Assembly: GCF_001194135.2 (NCBI RefSeq)
Contig: NC_068989.1
Coordinates: 73,999,832 to 74,063,831, forward strand
Source of the DNA: Octopus bimaculoides
Taxonomy: Eukaryota
DNA: 64,000 nt
Direction: 5' to 3'
Below, one piece after another: positions 52,888-64,000 of the stretch (position 1 is its first letter; each line of letters opens with the position of its first letter). The translations under genes were made by a program, and so were the position numbers. The notes beneath the pieces were generated by a model, which had not been told where the DNA came from, ran no database searches, and saw only the letters and a list, made by a program, of their open reading frames with translations.

Positions 52888-53025
52888 TACATACACACAT
52901 ATATGTATGTATACACACACACACACACACACACACTTATATGGACTAGGTGTGGTGATCACTATAGATATATAATTGCTAATTAGGTCTAACATTGTCA
53001 ATCCGTCTTTAGTCGAATGCTGTTA

Positions 53026-54271
53026 TTAGGTTGTTCCAAAAATAATGGCCGATTTCAGAAACAATTTTTTCCGGAAAAAATTAACAATAGAAATGTTTTG
53101 ATTAGTCAAAGTATGAGCAGTGAACATCTATGTATCTCTGCCATCGATCAGCGACACTATTTAAGCCTCGTTGATAAAAACTTATTGACTTTCATGGTAA
53201 GAAATCTTTGAAAGTTGATTCCATCTCTGGTTTGGATCTGAAAGTTTTATCACTTAAAAACATGTTTAAATGCTTTATAAAATGGTTGCCAGTGGGTGAA
53301 AGATCAGGAGAATATGGAGGATGTGGTAAAGTTTCGTATACCAAGTCTGTGATTTTCTGCAGCATCATTCTTGCAACATGTGGCTTTGCAGTATCGTGGA
53401 GCAGAATTGGGCCACGCCGATTAACCAATGCCGGTCTCAATTTTTGGAAGTGAGTATGCATTTCCGCGACTTGATTGCAGTAAACCTCTGCTGCAATGCT
53501 CGGATTGGCTTCCAGAATGCTGTAATGGGCAACACAAATTGCAAACCACCAGACAGTCACCATAATCTTTTGCTGATGCAACTTTGGCTTTGGAAAATGT
53601 TTTGGAGACTCAACACAATCAAACCATTGACCTGATCGTTTACGGTTATCATAAAGGATCTACTTTTCGTCACAAGTGACTATTCAGTTAAGGAAAGGAA
53701 CATTGGTGTCCCGCAGAAAGAGCAGAACTTTTTTGATTTTCATTGAGCTCATGCGGTACCCATTTATCGAGATTTTTCACCTTACCAACCTTCTGCAGAT
53801 TGCGTGAGACCGTTGCAATACCGACACCAAGTGCATGAGACAGTTCTTTGATACTTTGACGGGAGTTTTGTTCAACAATTGCTTTCAATTGTTCATTGTC
53901 ATGACTGCATGACCGCCCTCTACCTTCTTCATCTTCAAGGATCTCATCACCACTACAGAATTTCTGAAACCACCCTCGTACTGTGCGATCACTTGTGGAC
54001 CCCTATTCCCATGCTCTGTTGATATTGGGAGCAGTTTGGGAGGCATTGTCCCCAAGTTTGAACTCATGCAAGAAAAATAAGCGAAGGTCCGTTTTTGTCA
54101 TGTTCATAAGAAGGGTACCTATGCTTCAAGAATGTTGTCTGTCTGAAATAAGTAGAAAATTATTAAAGAGCATGCATATGTCGGAATTCACTGAACATGT
54201 AATTAAATTACTATGATAAAATTGCGTTTCAAAACATATTTAGAGCAGCCATTATTTTCGGAACAACCTAA
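53026..54271 (-). mobile_element. Full-length mariner transposon (Hsmar1/cecropia-like, DD34D), 1246 bp
   Basis: TA at 53024-53025 and 54272-54273; TIRs ttaggttgttccaaaaataatggccg / cagccattattttcggaacaacctaa. Confidence 0.96.
53100..54107 (-). pseudogene. Mariner transposase pseudogene
   Basis: MTKTDLRLFFLHEFKLG..., WVPHEL, IVTCDEK*ILYDN, LLHDTAKPH, HPPYSPDLSPTG (third catalytic Asp replaced by Gly); two W>stop changes and frameshifts. Confidence 0.95.
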
Positions 54272-54289
54272 TAGTACACAGTTTTTATC

Positions 54290-54293
54290 TATC

Positions 54294-54359
<66 letters not shown>

Positions 54360-54500
54360 ACATACATACATACATACATATACACATACATACGTATACA
54401 CATATATACATACATATACACATATACATACATATACATACATACATACGTACATACATACACGCAGACATTTACACATACATATGTATACAAACACATG
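54290..54500. repeat. (TCTA)n/(TACA)n microsatellite
   Basis: Direct reading. Confidence 0.93.
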
Positions 54501-55020
54501 CGTTAGCATGTATGAGTCTGTCAACTTTATGCGTCTTTATGTGTCGTCGTACTCTTAAGAAATTGTTTATATATAAAAATTTAATTATATATGTGTATGA
54601 GTGTATGTATGCATATAAACATGTACGCATATGTGTGTGTGTGTGTTTGTGTGTCTGTGTAAGCGTGTGTATGGGTATTTATGCATATATCAATATATGT
54701 CAGTTTATAAACATGCAGCATTAGTGAATAAAAGAAAAAATATCTCGGTGTAGTGAGGATTCAAAACATGTTAACTACAAGTGTTGTGCTGGCTTCAGTC
54801 GCTACACACACACACATACACACAAATACACACACACATGCACACACACTCACACACACAAGCACACCACACAAACACACGCACACAGAGTTTACGGTCA
54901 TATCGAGTTTAAAAACAACCAATTCTCGTCTGATTGCCAATGTTAATGATAGTCGAGTCTCGTTAGTACTTAGAAAGGTAACCACTTAGGAGACCTACGC
55001 GCCGTAAATGTAATTTAGTA

Positions 55021-55367
55021 CAGGCGCAGGCGTGACTGTGTGGTAAGAAGTTTGAGAAAATCGCGTTACTAGGTTCAGTTCCACTGTGTGAAACTTTGGA
55101 CAAGTGTCTTCTAATTTAGCTCGGGCCTACAAATACATATACATGCATATAAGTATAGATGTGTGTGTGTGGGGGGCGTGTGACATTTTTTGTCTGTGTT
55201 TGCTCCCTACCACCGTTTGACGACCAGTGTTGGTGTGTTTATGTTTCCGTAATTAAGTGGATCGTCAAAAAGAGTCGATAGAATAAGTACCTGTCTTTGA
55301 AAAAATAAGTACCGTGGTGGATTCATTCAACTAAAATTTTTCAATATGGTATCTTCGCATGGGAGCA
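55021..55367 (+). mobile_element. SINE family 1 with tail replaced by a fold-back
   Basis: caggcgcaggcgtgactgtgtggtaagaag head; gatagaataagtacc body; ends in the hairpin at 55341-55396. Confidence 0.85.
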
Positions 55368-55548
55368 ACTGCTCCCATGCGAGGATACCATATTGAGATA
55401 CCATATAATGAGGATACCATATAATGAGTGAAACAATTAAGTGATTAATGATATAGTAAGTATAAATATAATTAAGCAGAAATACAGTAAACAGAAGCAC
55501 CAGGAAAGCGAGAGTTCATAAAAGATTTTCATGAATAGGTCAAGTGTA

Positions 55549-55887
55549 AAGAACTCCTTCGGTCATCGATGACCATGGGATTGTACGTAGTAAGTTACCT
55601 TCCGAGGCACAAGTGCAATCAAGGTTATTTTCTGGAAGACCAGCAGTCGTTCAAGCATACCAGCCTCTCTTCTTCTCCATGCCACCGATGTTGTCTAAGG
55701 GAAAGGCAAAGGCCGATACCACTTGGCAGCAGTGACATCGCAACTCATTTCTACAGCTGATGGAACTCGAGTAAGGTGAAGTAAAGTGTCTTGCTCAAGA
55801 ACGCTACACACAGCCCGCTTCCAGAAATCGAACCCCTCACCTCAAGATTGTGAGCTCGACGTCCTAACCACGGAGCCATGCGCCTTC
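55549..55887 (-). mobile_element. tRNA-derived SINE family 3, full length
   Basis: Reverse complement: ggcgcaTGGCTCCGTGGttagg (A box), GGTTCGATT (B box), CORE/V-like ttcttgagcaagacacttt...gtagaaatgagt, 3' stem-loop cccatggtcatcgatgaccgaagg. Confidence 0.88.
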
Positions 55888-56264
55888 TCTATTGGATAGC
55901 TAAACATTCTAAAAGTGCATAGTCTGAAGTCACATGTAAAAAAGAGGGGAGTCTTCTTAGTCCTTCCTAGTAGTTCTTCATAATGACGTATGATTATATC
56001 AGGAGATTTCATATTGGAACGTCGTATATAAGAGAGAGAAAAATACTGGTAATTATTTATAGCTGATTCTGGTGTTTGGCGCACAGGCAGTATAGTATTG
56101 TATATTCTGTTTACATATCCAAGAAGTAAAATGGTGTTAGCTAAAGTATGTGAAATAACACAAATTAAAATTCTATTAAAGCATAAACACTTCATCTTTT
56201 TGTAGATGAATTATGTGTTAATATAATCTAGATTTGTGTCATTTCATATGTATTCGTTAACACC

Positions 56265-56640
56265 TCAGGAAGAGAATCTGAGAAACGATTCCATCTTTGT
56301 TTGAAACACCTCTGCGAAAGACACAGGAAGTTTGTTTGCATTAACGTTAAAAAATTGGAAGCCATTAGTGTTGATCGCTCTCGGAGTCGGAGACTATACA
56401 AGCATTTAAAAAGACGAGAAGAGAGACTGTAAACTGTTCGTAAAGAAAAGCAAATTCGATGAGAACGCAGTATTAGGACGGAACTAGCGAACAGAGCCTT
56501 CATATGTAAAGTCTGCAGCTGTAACTGTAGAGGCCCACTCAAAAGTGGGCTTTTACAGTCACTTCAGATGCGAAGAGAAGACTTTTCCAGGTACAGATAC
56601 GTGGTCTCATGAGACTAACAAATGCTCTCGTATCCCCCAT
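56265..56640 (+). mobile_element. RTE-clade (BovB-like) LINE 3' end with C-terminal Cys/His motif
   Basis: LKHLCERH..INVKKLEAISVDRSR..LYKHLKRREERL*...FICKVCSCNC../(fs)GFYSHFRC; 3' UTR gtctcatgagac, then (CA)n. Confidence 0.85.
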
Positions 56641-56648
56641 ATATTACA

Positions 56649-56708
<60 letters not shown>

Positions 56709-57093
56709 TATATATATATATGTGTGTGTGTAAAATCATATATTTATACCCAATCATATATTTCTGGATATCCTTAATGCAGGGTATAATGACAGCTGGA
56801 ATACTTTTGGTTATTATTCTACTCAGCCATTTATGATATGGGTCTAAATAACAACTCCAATACTTAAATACAAACAACCAGCAATCCATAAATGGTGGTT
56901 TCTTTCATCATTTTCGCTAATACATGACTCGGAGGCTATGCAAACATTCATATGAATCATCCTTCCTACTCTGGCTAAAAATATAATATAATAATATTGC
57001 TATATTTGAGGACGGTCATCTTTTGTCAATAAACACAGGTATTATTTATTTGAACTTCTCATTAGTCTCTTTCTTGTTATTAGTTTACTTGTT

Positions 57094-57314
57094 AAGATGG
57101 CGAGCTGACGGAATCATTAGCATGTCGGGTGAAATACTGTTAAGCATTTCGTCCGTCTTCACGTTCTAAGTTAAAATTCTGCCGAGGTCGACTTTGTCTT
57201 TTATCCTTTCGGTGTCGATAGATTAAGTTCCAGTTAAGTAATGGGGTCGATGTTATCGATTTATCTCTTCCCCCAAAATTTCTGGCCTTATCCCCAAATT
57301 TTAAAATCATTATT
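57094..57314 (+). mobile_element. SINE family 2, full length
   Basis: ggcgagctgacggaatcattagc...gaggtcgactttg..ttttatcctttcggtgtcgatagattaag...ggccttatcccc. Confidence 0.9.
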
Positions 57315-58344
57315 AGTTTATTTGTCAGGTTTTTCATCACATATTTTGGTGACCTTTTCAACAACATTCTGTCCCTCGTGTCTCCTCTTCTCTCTGGTCT
57401 TGCCTGTCTATTCCATTTTGTTTTTCTGTGGTATGTGCTAACTGCGATGTGGTTACGTTTGTATCTGAGTATGCGACTATGTTTCCAGTATATTCATGTG
57501 TCTTTTGTGTACGATTATATGGTCTTGTATATCATGCTGTACCCGTCTTTTATTTACCTATTTATTATTTATATAGAATAATAATTTACATAATATAATC
57601 TCTCAATACATTTGTATGTGTGTGTGCGGATAAATATATCAGTGTATATAAGGGGATGAGGAGGAGGAGGAGGAGGAGGCGAGCAGCGTCGTGCTTATTT
57701 CATTCCTCTTATGAATGATGTGTAGAATGGAAAAATGGAAACGTCTTAAATGTTCGTAACAAATGGATCCTGCAAAAAGTGGTCTTGTGCCACGGGATTA
57801 TCTTATACGGGGCGACGGATTAAGTCTTCAAACTAAGGACAAAATATGTTGTTCTAGTCATCGTTCGAGCAGTTTCAATTAACACAGTTTCAACGAAGAC
57901 ATTTGATGACTTGAGACGTATAGTAGAAGATCAGTGACATAGGTGCCGCCGTGTAGGTGCGAACCTGATACAACGCAATCAAGAAATGAACACAGGGCCA
58001 TGTCTAACTCATGGAACTGTAAAATGAAATTACTTTACGTGGTTCATTATTTTAAACCGTGTCTCCTTATTGATGTAATTTCAACGTGTTAAAAGAAATG
58101 GACTTATGTTACAAAATCAATAATAAGTCACCTAAACCGCGAAAATCCAATATCAATTTCGTTTTGTATTAATGTTGCATGAATAACACACCGTTCGCAA
58201 TTACACAAACACACATAATAAATGTGTGTGTGTGTGTATTTGAGAGTGTGGCGGGTGTTTCTGTGTGTCCATATATATATATATACTAGCGTATTAGTGT
58301 CTATCTAAATATATATGTATATGTATGTATATACCTATATATCT

Positions 58345-58557
58345 ACATCTATATCGGAGATGTACTTACATAGCAAACGACCTGATCTGAGATCGTGTGC
58401 TGGAACGAAAACAATTGCAGTGTGGAAGGTGTTTATAAGCCATTTAAGAAACACACAAAAACCGTTAGATTCATTGACAAAATTCCGTGCTGGTTTATAT
58501 CTTTCTCTCTCTCTCTCTCTCTCTCTCTNNNNNNNNNNNNNNNNNNNNNNNNNNNNN

Positions 58558-58600
<43 letters not shown>

Positions 58601-58785
58601 TTGTGAGTGTTTTTTGAACGAAAGCACCTAAAGCTCCACAAAGCTCCGACAGGGGATGGTGGCGAACCCTGCTGTAATCTTTCTCCGCAACTTTCTCTAA
58701 CTCTTTCTTCCTGTTTCACGAGCAGGCTGTTCCGTGGATCGGATCAACTGGAACCCTTGTCGTCATAACCGACGGAGTGCCACGA
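58345..58785 (+). mobile_element. Interspersed repeat / SINE-like fragments split by microsatellite and gap
   Basis: GC-richer blocks cgacctgatctgagatcgtg... and ttcacgagcaggctgttccgtggatcggatcaactggaaccc recalled as a common octopus repeat; no second copy in this window. Confidence 0.45.
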
Positions 58786-59124
58786 TATAGGATCAGACAA
58801 ACACGAAATATACGATGTAGTTGTCCACATATTCTCCTGCCAAACTATATGCCAAGGTTAAAAAGTAGGCGAGGGTTTTGTATATTTGGGACAATGTGTG
58901 GGTCTTTCTATTTTAGACACTGAAGTGCAAAATGGGCTAACCCAGTGTATAGCTATATTGTTAATATTATATCTCTACCCTCTTGTTTTCATCTCTCTGT
59001 TTCAGGGTCCATATTTTCTCTTTTATTTTAACACCATGCTTTACATATTTTGACCTACGCCAGTGTATATATCTATTGTCCAGACTATACTTCCTGTAGC
59101 CGAAGCTTTTCATAGATTTCGAGC

Positions 59125-59176
59125 AATAATGTACTGGAATAATGTACTGGAATAATGTACTGGAATAATGTACTGG
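59125..59176. repeat. 13-bp tandem repeat AATAATGTACTGG x4 (perfect)
   Basis: Direct reading. Confidence 0.97.
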
Positions 59177-59365
59177 CAGAATCGTTAGTACTCCGAATAA
59201 AGTGCTAAACGGCATTTTCCCGACTTGTTACGTCCTAATCAAACCTCATTGAATCTCCTTTGTTTTTCATTCCTTCGAGGTCGATAAAAGAAATTACTGG
59301 TCAAGTACTAGAGTCGATGCAATTCACTTCCCGCTCTTCACAAAATTGATGGCCTTGAGTCCTGC
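59172..59365 (+). mobile_element. SINE family 2
   Basis: ctggcagaatcgttagtac...tttttcattccttcgaggtcgataaaag...ggccttgagtcc. Confidence 0.8.
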
Positions 59366-61351
59366 AATGAACAGGCATCCCTTTCAAGGAGATTGTTGTA
59401 ATCTCGGTCTCATATGCTATGGAATCTGGTAAACTAGGATTGTGAATTCTATGGCTCGAAAGAAAAAGGATAAGTATAAAATACAATACTAAATTTAGAA
59501 ACTGAAGAGACGCTTGAATGAGAGATCACAAAGTAACTATATCTGTTATCAGCATAACAAATGAACAGAAAGAAAATATAAGAAATTTAACATACTTCAT
59601 AAAATCAAAGTTTATAGGTTTAAGAGAATGCATTGGGGGTGAGGTACTAGGGGGCGGGGGTATTACTGTATTCGGGTTAGGACAATTAAAATTAGGGACC
59701 GTGAGAGACTTAGGGTAGTTTCACAATAACCAAGTGAGATTATCAGCCTTCAAATTAGGTTGATTTGGTTAGAGGGAAAAAAACTTTTTTTTCTGAAATC
59801 CTTAGGATATTTCAAAGTGATTTTATTTCGAGAAGGACAGTTCAGACCCGAAAATGGTAGTTCAAAATGGATGAAAGGGACGATCAAGCATGTTATGGGT
59901 ATTAGGAAATATAATTTAAAAGTGTAAAGAGTGAGGCAGCAATAATGGAATTTAAATAAATTAGAAATTAAAACAAGAAATCTAAAAGAAATCACGAAAT
60001 GCAAACTGCTAAGAAATCGAAAATTAATCTGTAAAGTTTTTGAATATTCAAACTTTGTTAGTCAATCTGATTCCAAGTTTGTAACACTATGAATATATAT
60101 ATTTACATATGATGGATTTTTCAAATTTCAATATGTTAGCAAACTTTATGCTCACAAAGGACAAATTAAAGTAAGAATTATCCCGTTGTAAGATTTCTAG
60201 GAAGAACTTACAGATATGGTGGCATTTGCTACTGTAGTCTGATCTATGACTTAAATAATTTCCAAATTACTTAACGATCTTTGTATGGGATTATACTCTT
60301 CGCTTCATAATCGAAATCTTTTAATCACAATTTCTGTACGGACAGCATCATTCGGGAATGCTTCATATGACATTGAAATTCTCAGCAGGTGCTTTCAATT
60401 TCCAAATATAATCGAAGAATTATTATGCATTTGATGGAAAGTGTCTGATTGAAATAACATTGTCAAAATTTGCTATCACTTAACAAAAGAATTGCATCAA
60501 AGCTTCGTGTAATGGAGGTAAAATTCGTTTCGGAGAGATTGCTTGAGCATTACACGACTGATCAATCCGAGATGACTTTGTATTTCCGAATGTGCAGTTA
60601 GGTACAATTTGATTAGATCGTTTTCTTATTACACGTGTGCAGTTTTATGCCAGTTTAAGACAGTGCACATCTAAAAAGTCTGCAACACCGACTCATTACA
60701 AATGTTTATTTAATAAGGCTATGAGTTTCTTAGCGATATTAAACTCAATCTTTAAGCAAATTATCGGCATTAAACATATAATGGCGCTGCACCTGTTCTT
60801 TGTATTCTATGGCACACTAATCCACGATATCAGAAATTCGTAATCCTTTGCCAATTCAGGAGTCACCGTGTGGAAGTCTGATTTATTTGGCGATAAACTG
60901 AAGATTCTTCCACCAATAACAACCAAAGCAAACATATACACACGCGCACATATACACGCAGAGACTCACGCACACACATATACACGCAGGCATATTTACG
61001 CAACCTGGTGAACATTGTTGAGCAATTACCAACTTCAGCTTACCCAAAGAACCCTTCTATAAGGTAGCCTTCTTCTAGGAAAAAGTACATTAGAAGTTAG
61101 TTAATCTAAAGACTATTATCATGTGCGTGTTAGTGTATGTGTGTTCATGTATGTATGCATATATATATGTGCATGCATGTGCACGTATATATACATATAT
61201 ACATACATATGCAGATACACACAATCATATGTACACACATAGGTGAATGATGGTGAGTGGCTAAATAGTTAATGTATTTCCCTTGCTATTGCAAGATAGT
61301 AGTTTCGATTCCCAGACTGGCGATGCATTGTATTCTTTAGTAAAACACTTA

Positions 61352-61520
61352 ATTACCTTTCACGCGTAAGCAAAAGTAGGGTATTATAATCACTTTTCTG
61401 TTTGTCTGTGTGTTTGCAAAATTACTGGAGAACGGCTGAACGAATTTTCACCAAATTTGGCAGAAATACACATTGAGTGAGTAGCTAGAAATGATGAAAA
61501 TTTTGTTTGATTATCTTCAA
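61352..61520 (+). mobile_element. Helentron/DINE-1 (HINE)-like non-autonomous element fragment
   Basis: ggtattataatc...ctgtttgtctgtgtg...acggctgaacgaattttcaccaaatttggcag resembles the recurrent HINE core motif. Confidence 0.5.
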
Positions 61521-61552
61521 ACATACGTAAATACGTACATGGATATGCGACT

Positions 61553-61598
<46 letters not shown>

Positions 61599-61604
61599 AT
61601 GTAC

Positions 61605-62222
61605 AGTAATGAGTTCGAGGGTTTCGTTTATTTAAGAGTTGATTTCTTAATTTTACCGGAGTAAAAAAATTAATATTAAAAAAAAGAATTTTTCTTATTT
61701 TTTTCCCGATAAGTAAATGGTCATATTATTTATATCCTACAATGAGCTCTAGTACGTTTGATTCACCTGCCATCATTGAAAGATGTTCAAAACACTTCTC
61801 AAATTCTATCAGTATTATCTATAAGTATTTCATTTTATTCACTTTCTTTTTCATATCAATCGACCCTCGCCCTCGTGAGTACAGATCATGGTGTACCTAT
61901 GCGCGTAGACACGTGTGGGCATATACATACATACATAATACCTAATTACATACATAAATATGTACCTGTGTGTGTATTGTGTGCTTATATGTGTGTGTGT
62001 GCATGTTTGTTTGGGTGTGTATGTGTGCATGTTTGTTTGGGTGTGTATGTGTGTTTGTGTGTGTATGTGTGTTTGTGTGTGTGTATAGTGATGGATTCGA
62101 GGGTTTCGCATATTTACGAGTTGATTTCTTAATTTCACCAGAGTATAAATACCTATAATGATGATATTTAAAACAACAAAGAAAAAACGAATTTTAATCG
62201 AGCTTACAAATTTCCCGATAAG
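61605..62222 (+). repeat. Local direct duplication (61605-61712 and 62085-62222)
   Basis: ttcgagggtttcg..tattta.gagttgatttcttaattt.acc.gagta and tttcccgataag in both copies, each preceded by (TG)n. Confidence 0.85.
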
Positions 62223-62552
62223 CAAGTTTAGTCAAACACTTACAAAGTTTAATTCAGTTCAATTACTATAATTTTCGAAAAAATATTATCTGCACGCAGG
62301 GTATGCATCGTCTCTTTGATGCCTTTGTTTCATTACCTGCTGTTTTTGCCAGGTTAGTTGTAAAAAAGCCAGCTGCATGGTGTCATTCCAAACTTATATC
62401 AATGATAGTGAGAGCACTGAGATCGGCTAGGTATACTAACATCCAACAGTCCAGGTGGTACAGTGATACATATATATATATATATGTGTGCATGTGTGTG
62501 TGTGTGTGTGTGTACGTGTGTTTGTGTGTGTGCGCATATGTATACATACATT

Positions 62553-62986
62553 AGGTGTAGGCGTGACTGTGTTTTAAGAAGCTTGATCCCCAACCGAATG
62601 GTTCCGGGTTCAGTTCCTTTGCGTAGCAACGTGGGAAAGTGCCTTCTATTATAGCCACGGGACCACAAAGTCTTGAGAGTGGATTTGGTAGAAAGAATCT
62701 GAAAGAAGACCATCGCATATATGTGTGTCCATGTGTGTGTGCGTGTACGTGAGAGTGTCTGTGTCTGTGTCATTGCGTCTGTGCTTTTCTCCACCCAACA
62801 CTTGATAACCGATGTTGGTGTATTTACTACCCCGTACCTTAACGGTTCAGCAAAGAGTGCGATAGAATATGCACCAAGCTTAAAATAGATAAAAACTACT
62901 AAAGTCGATTCCTTCGTCTGAAATTAATCAAGGCGTAGCGACAGCATGGCCGCTGCTTAATGACTGAAACGAGTAAAGGATAAAAA
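62553..62986 (+). mobile_element. SINE family 1, full length
   Basis: ggcgtgactgtg...atggttccgggttcagttcc head; tail cagcatggccgctgcttaatgactgaaacgagtaaagg. Confidence 0.9.
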
Positions 62987-63005
62987 TACATACATACATA
63001 CATGC

Positions 63006-63058
<53 letters not shown>

Positions 63059-63789
63059 CATACATACATACACACATACAAACATATNNNNNNNNNNNNN
63101 NNNNNNNNNNNNNNNNNNNNNNNNNNNNNNNNNNNNNNNNNNNNNNNNNNNNNNNNNNNNNNNNNNNNNNNNNNNNNNNNNNNNNNNNNNNNNNNNNNNN
63201 NNNNNNNNNNNNNNNNNNNNNNNNNNNNNNNNNNNNNNNNNNNNNNNNNNNNNNNNNNNNNNNNNNNNNNNNNNNNNNNNNNNNNNNNNNNNNNNNNNNN
63301 NNNNNNNNNNNNNNNNNNNNNNNNNNNNNNNNNNNNNNNNNNNNNNNNNNNNNNNNNNNNNNNNNNNNNNNNNNNNNNNNNNNNNNNNNNNNNNNNNNNN
63401 NNNNNNNNNNNNNTATATATTGAATCACTTCGTTCATACTTTAAAATGATGGCGTATAGAATTCATGTTGACACTTATGTCTAATAACAGTTCAGTGAAT
63501 TCAAAGGTTTCGTATTGAAATGTTTCGCTATTTGCTTTATCTACTATCAGTAGCAGATAAGAATCGGATTCCGGAAGTGCTAAATATTTTTAGGTTGTAA
63601 TTATTGACATTTATTAGTTGTTCTGTTGAAGACTGATACAATACAATGCCATTGATCTATTCTGTATTTCGATATACTAGTTCAATAAGATTTATATACT
63701 ACACAGAAGTGAAAATAGGTTATTCATTCTCGGATATATATTCAGACATTTATGTGCGTATGTGTGTATGTATGGGAGTGTATCTATGC

Positions 63790-63844
<55 letters not shown>

Positions 63845-64000
63845 CATACAAAGGCATATCAATATCTATGTATATATATACACATACATATATGAATAAA
63901 TATATGTATGCATGTATATATGTATGTATATACATATATACATATACACACACACACACACATATATATGTATATATATGAATATATATATATATATATA

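Overview
AT-rich eukaryotic genomic DNA from a gapped scaffold (13 N-runs, most flanked by microsatellites). The SINE families and dense (CA)n/(TA)n/(GATA)n/(AAT)n repeats point to a cephalopod, probably Octopus (inference from repeat recognition). No host protein-coding gene can be called confidently, and most listed ORFs are microsatellite or N-gap artefacts. The window is a transposon graveyard. It holds one full-length but dead Hsmar1-like mariner (53026-54271), an internally deleted maT/DD37D-like element, a Tc1 fragment, Helitron RepHel fragments, a Penelope GIY-YIG fragment, RTE and CR1/L2-like LINE 3' ends, several MITEs and more than 20 tRNA-derived SINE copies. Two unexplained signals stand out. 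First, at least six dispersed type I hammerhead-ribozyme-like motifs share a very short, often palindromic stem III (GAAACA-NN-TGT-H); two of them face each other inside a fold-back element. Second, there are several long inverted repeats: a ~1.5 kb one at 19285-20773 and two abutting ones at 25826-26806. All calls were made by eye and need computational confirmation.
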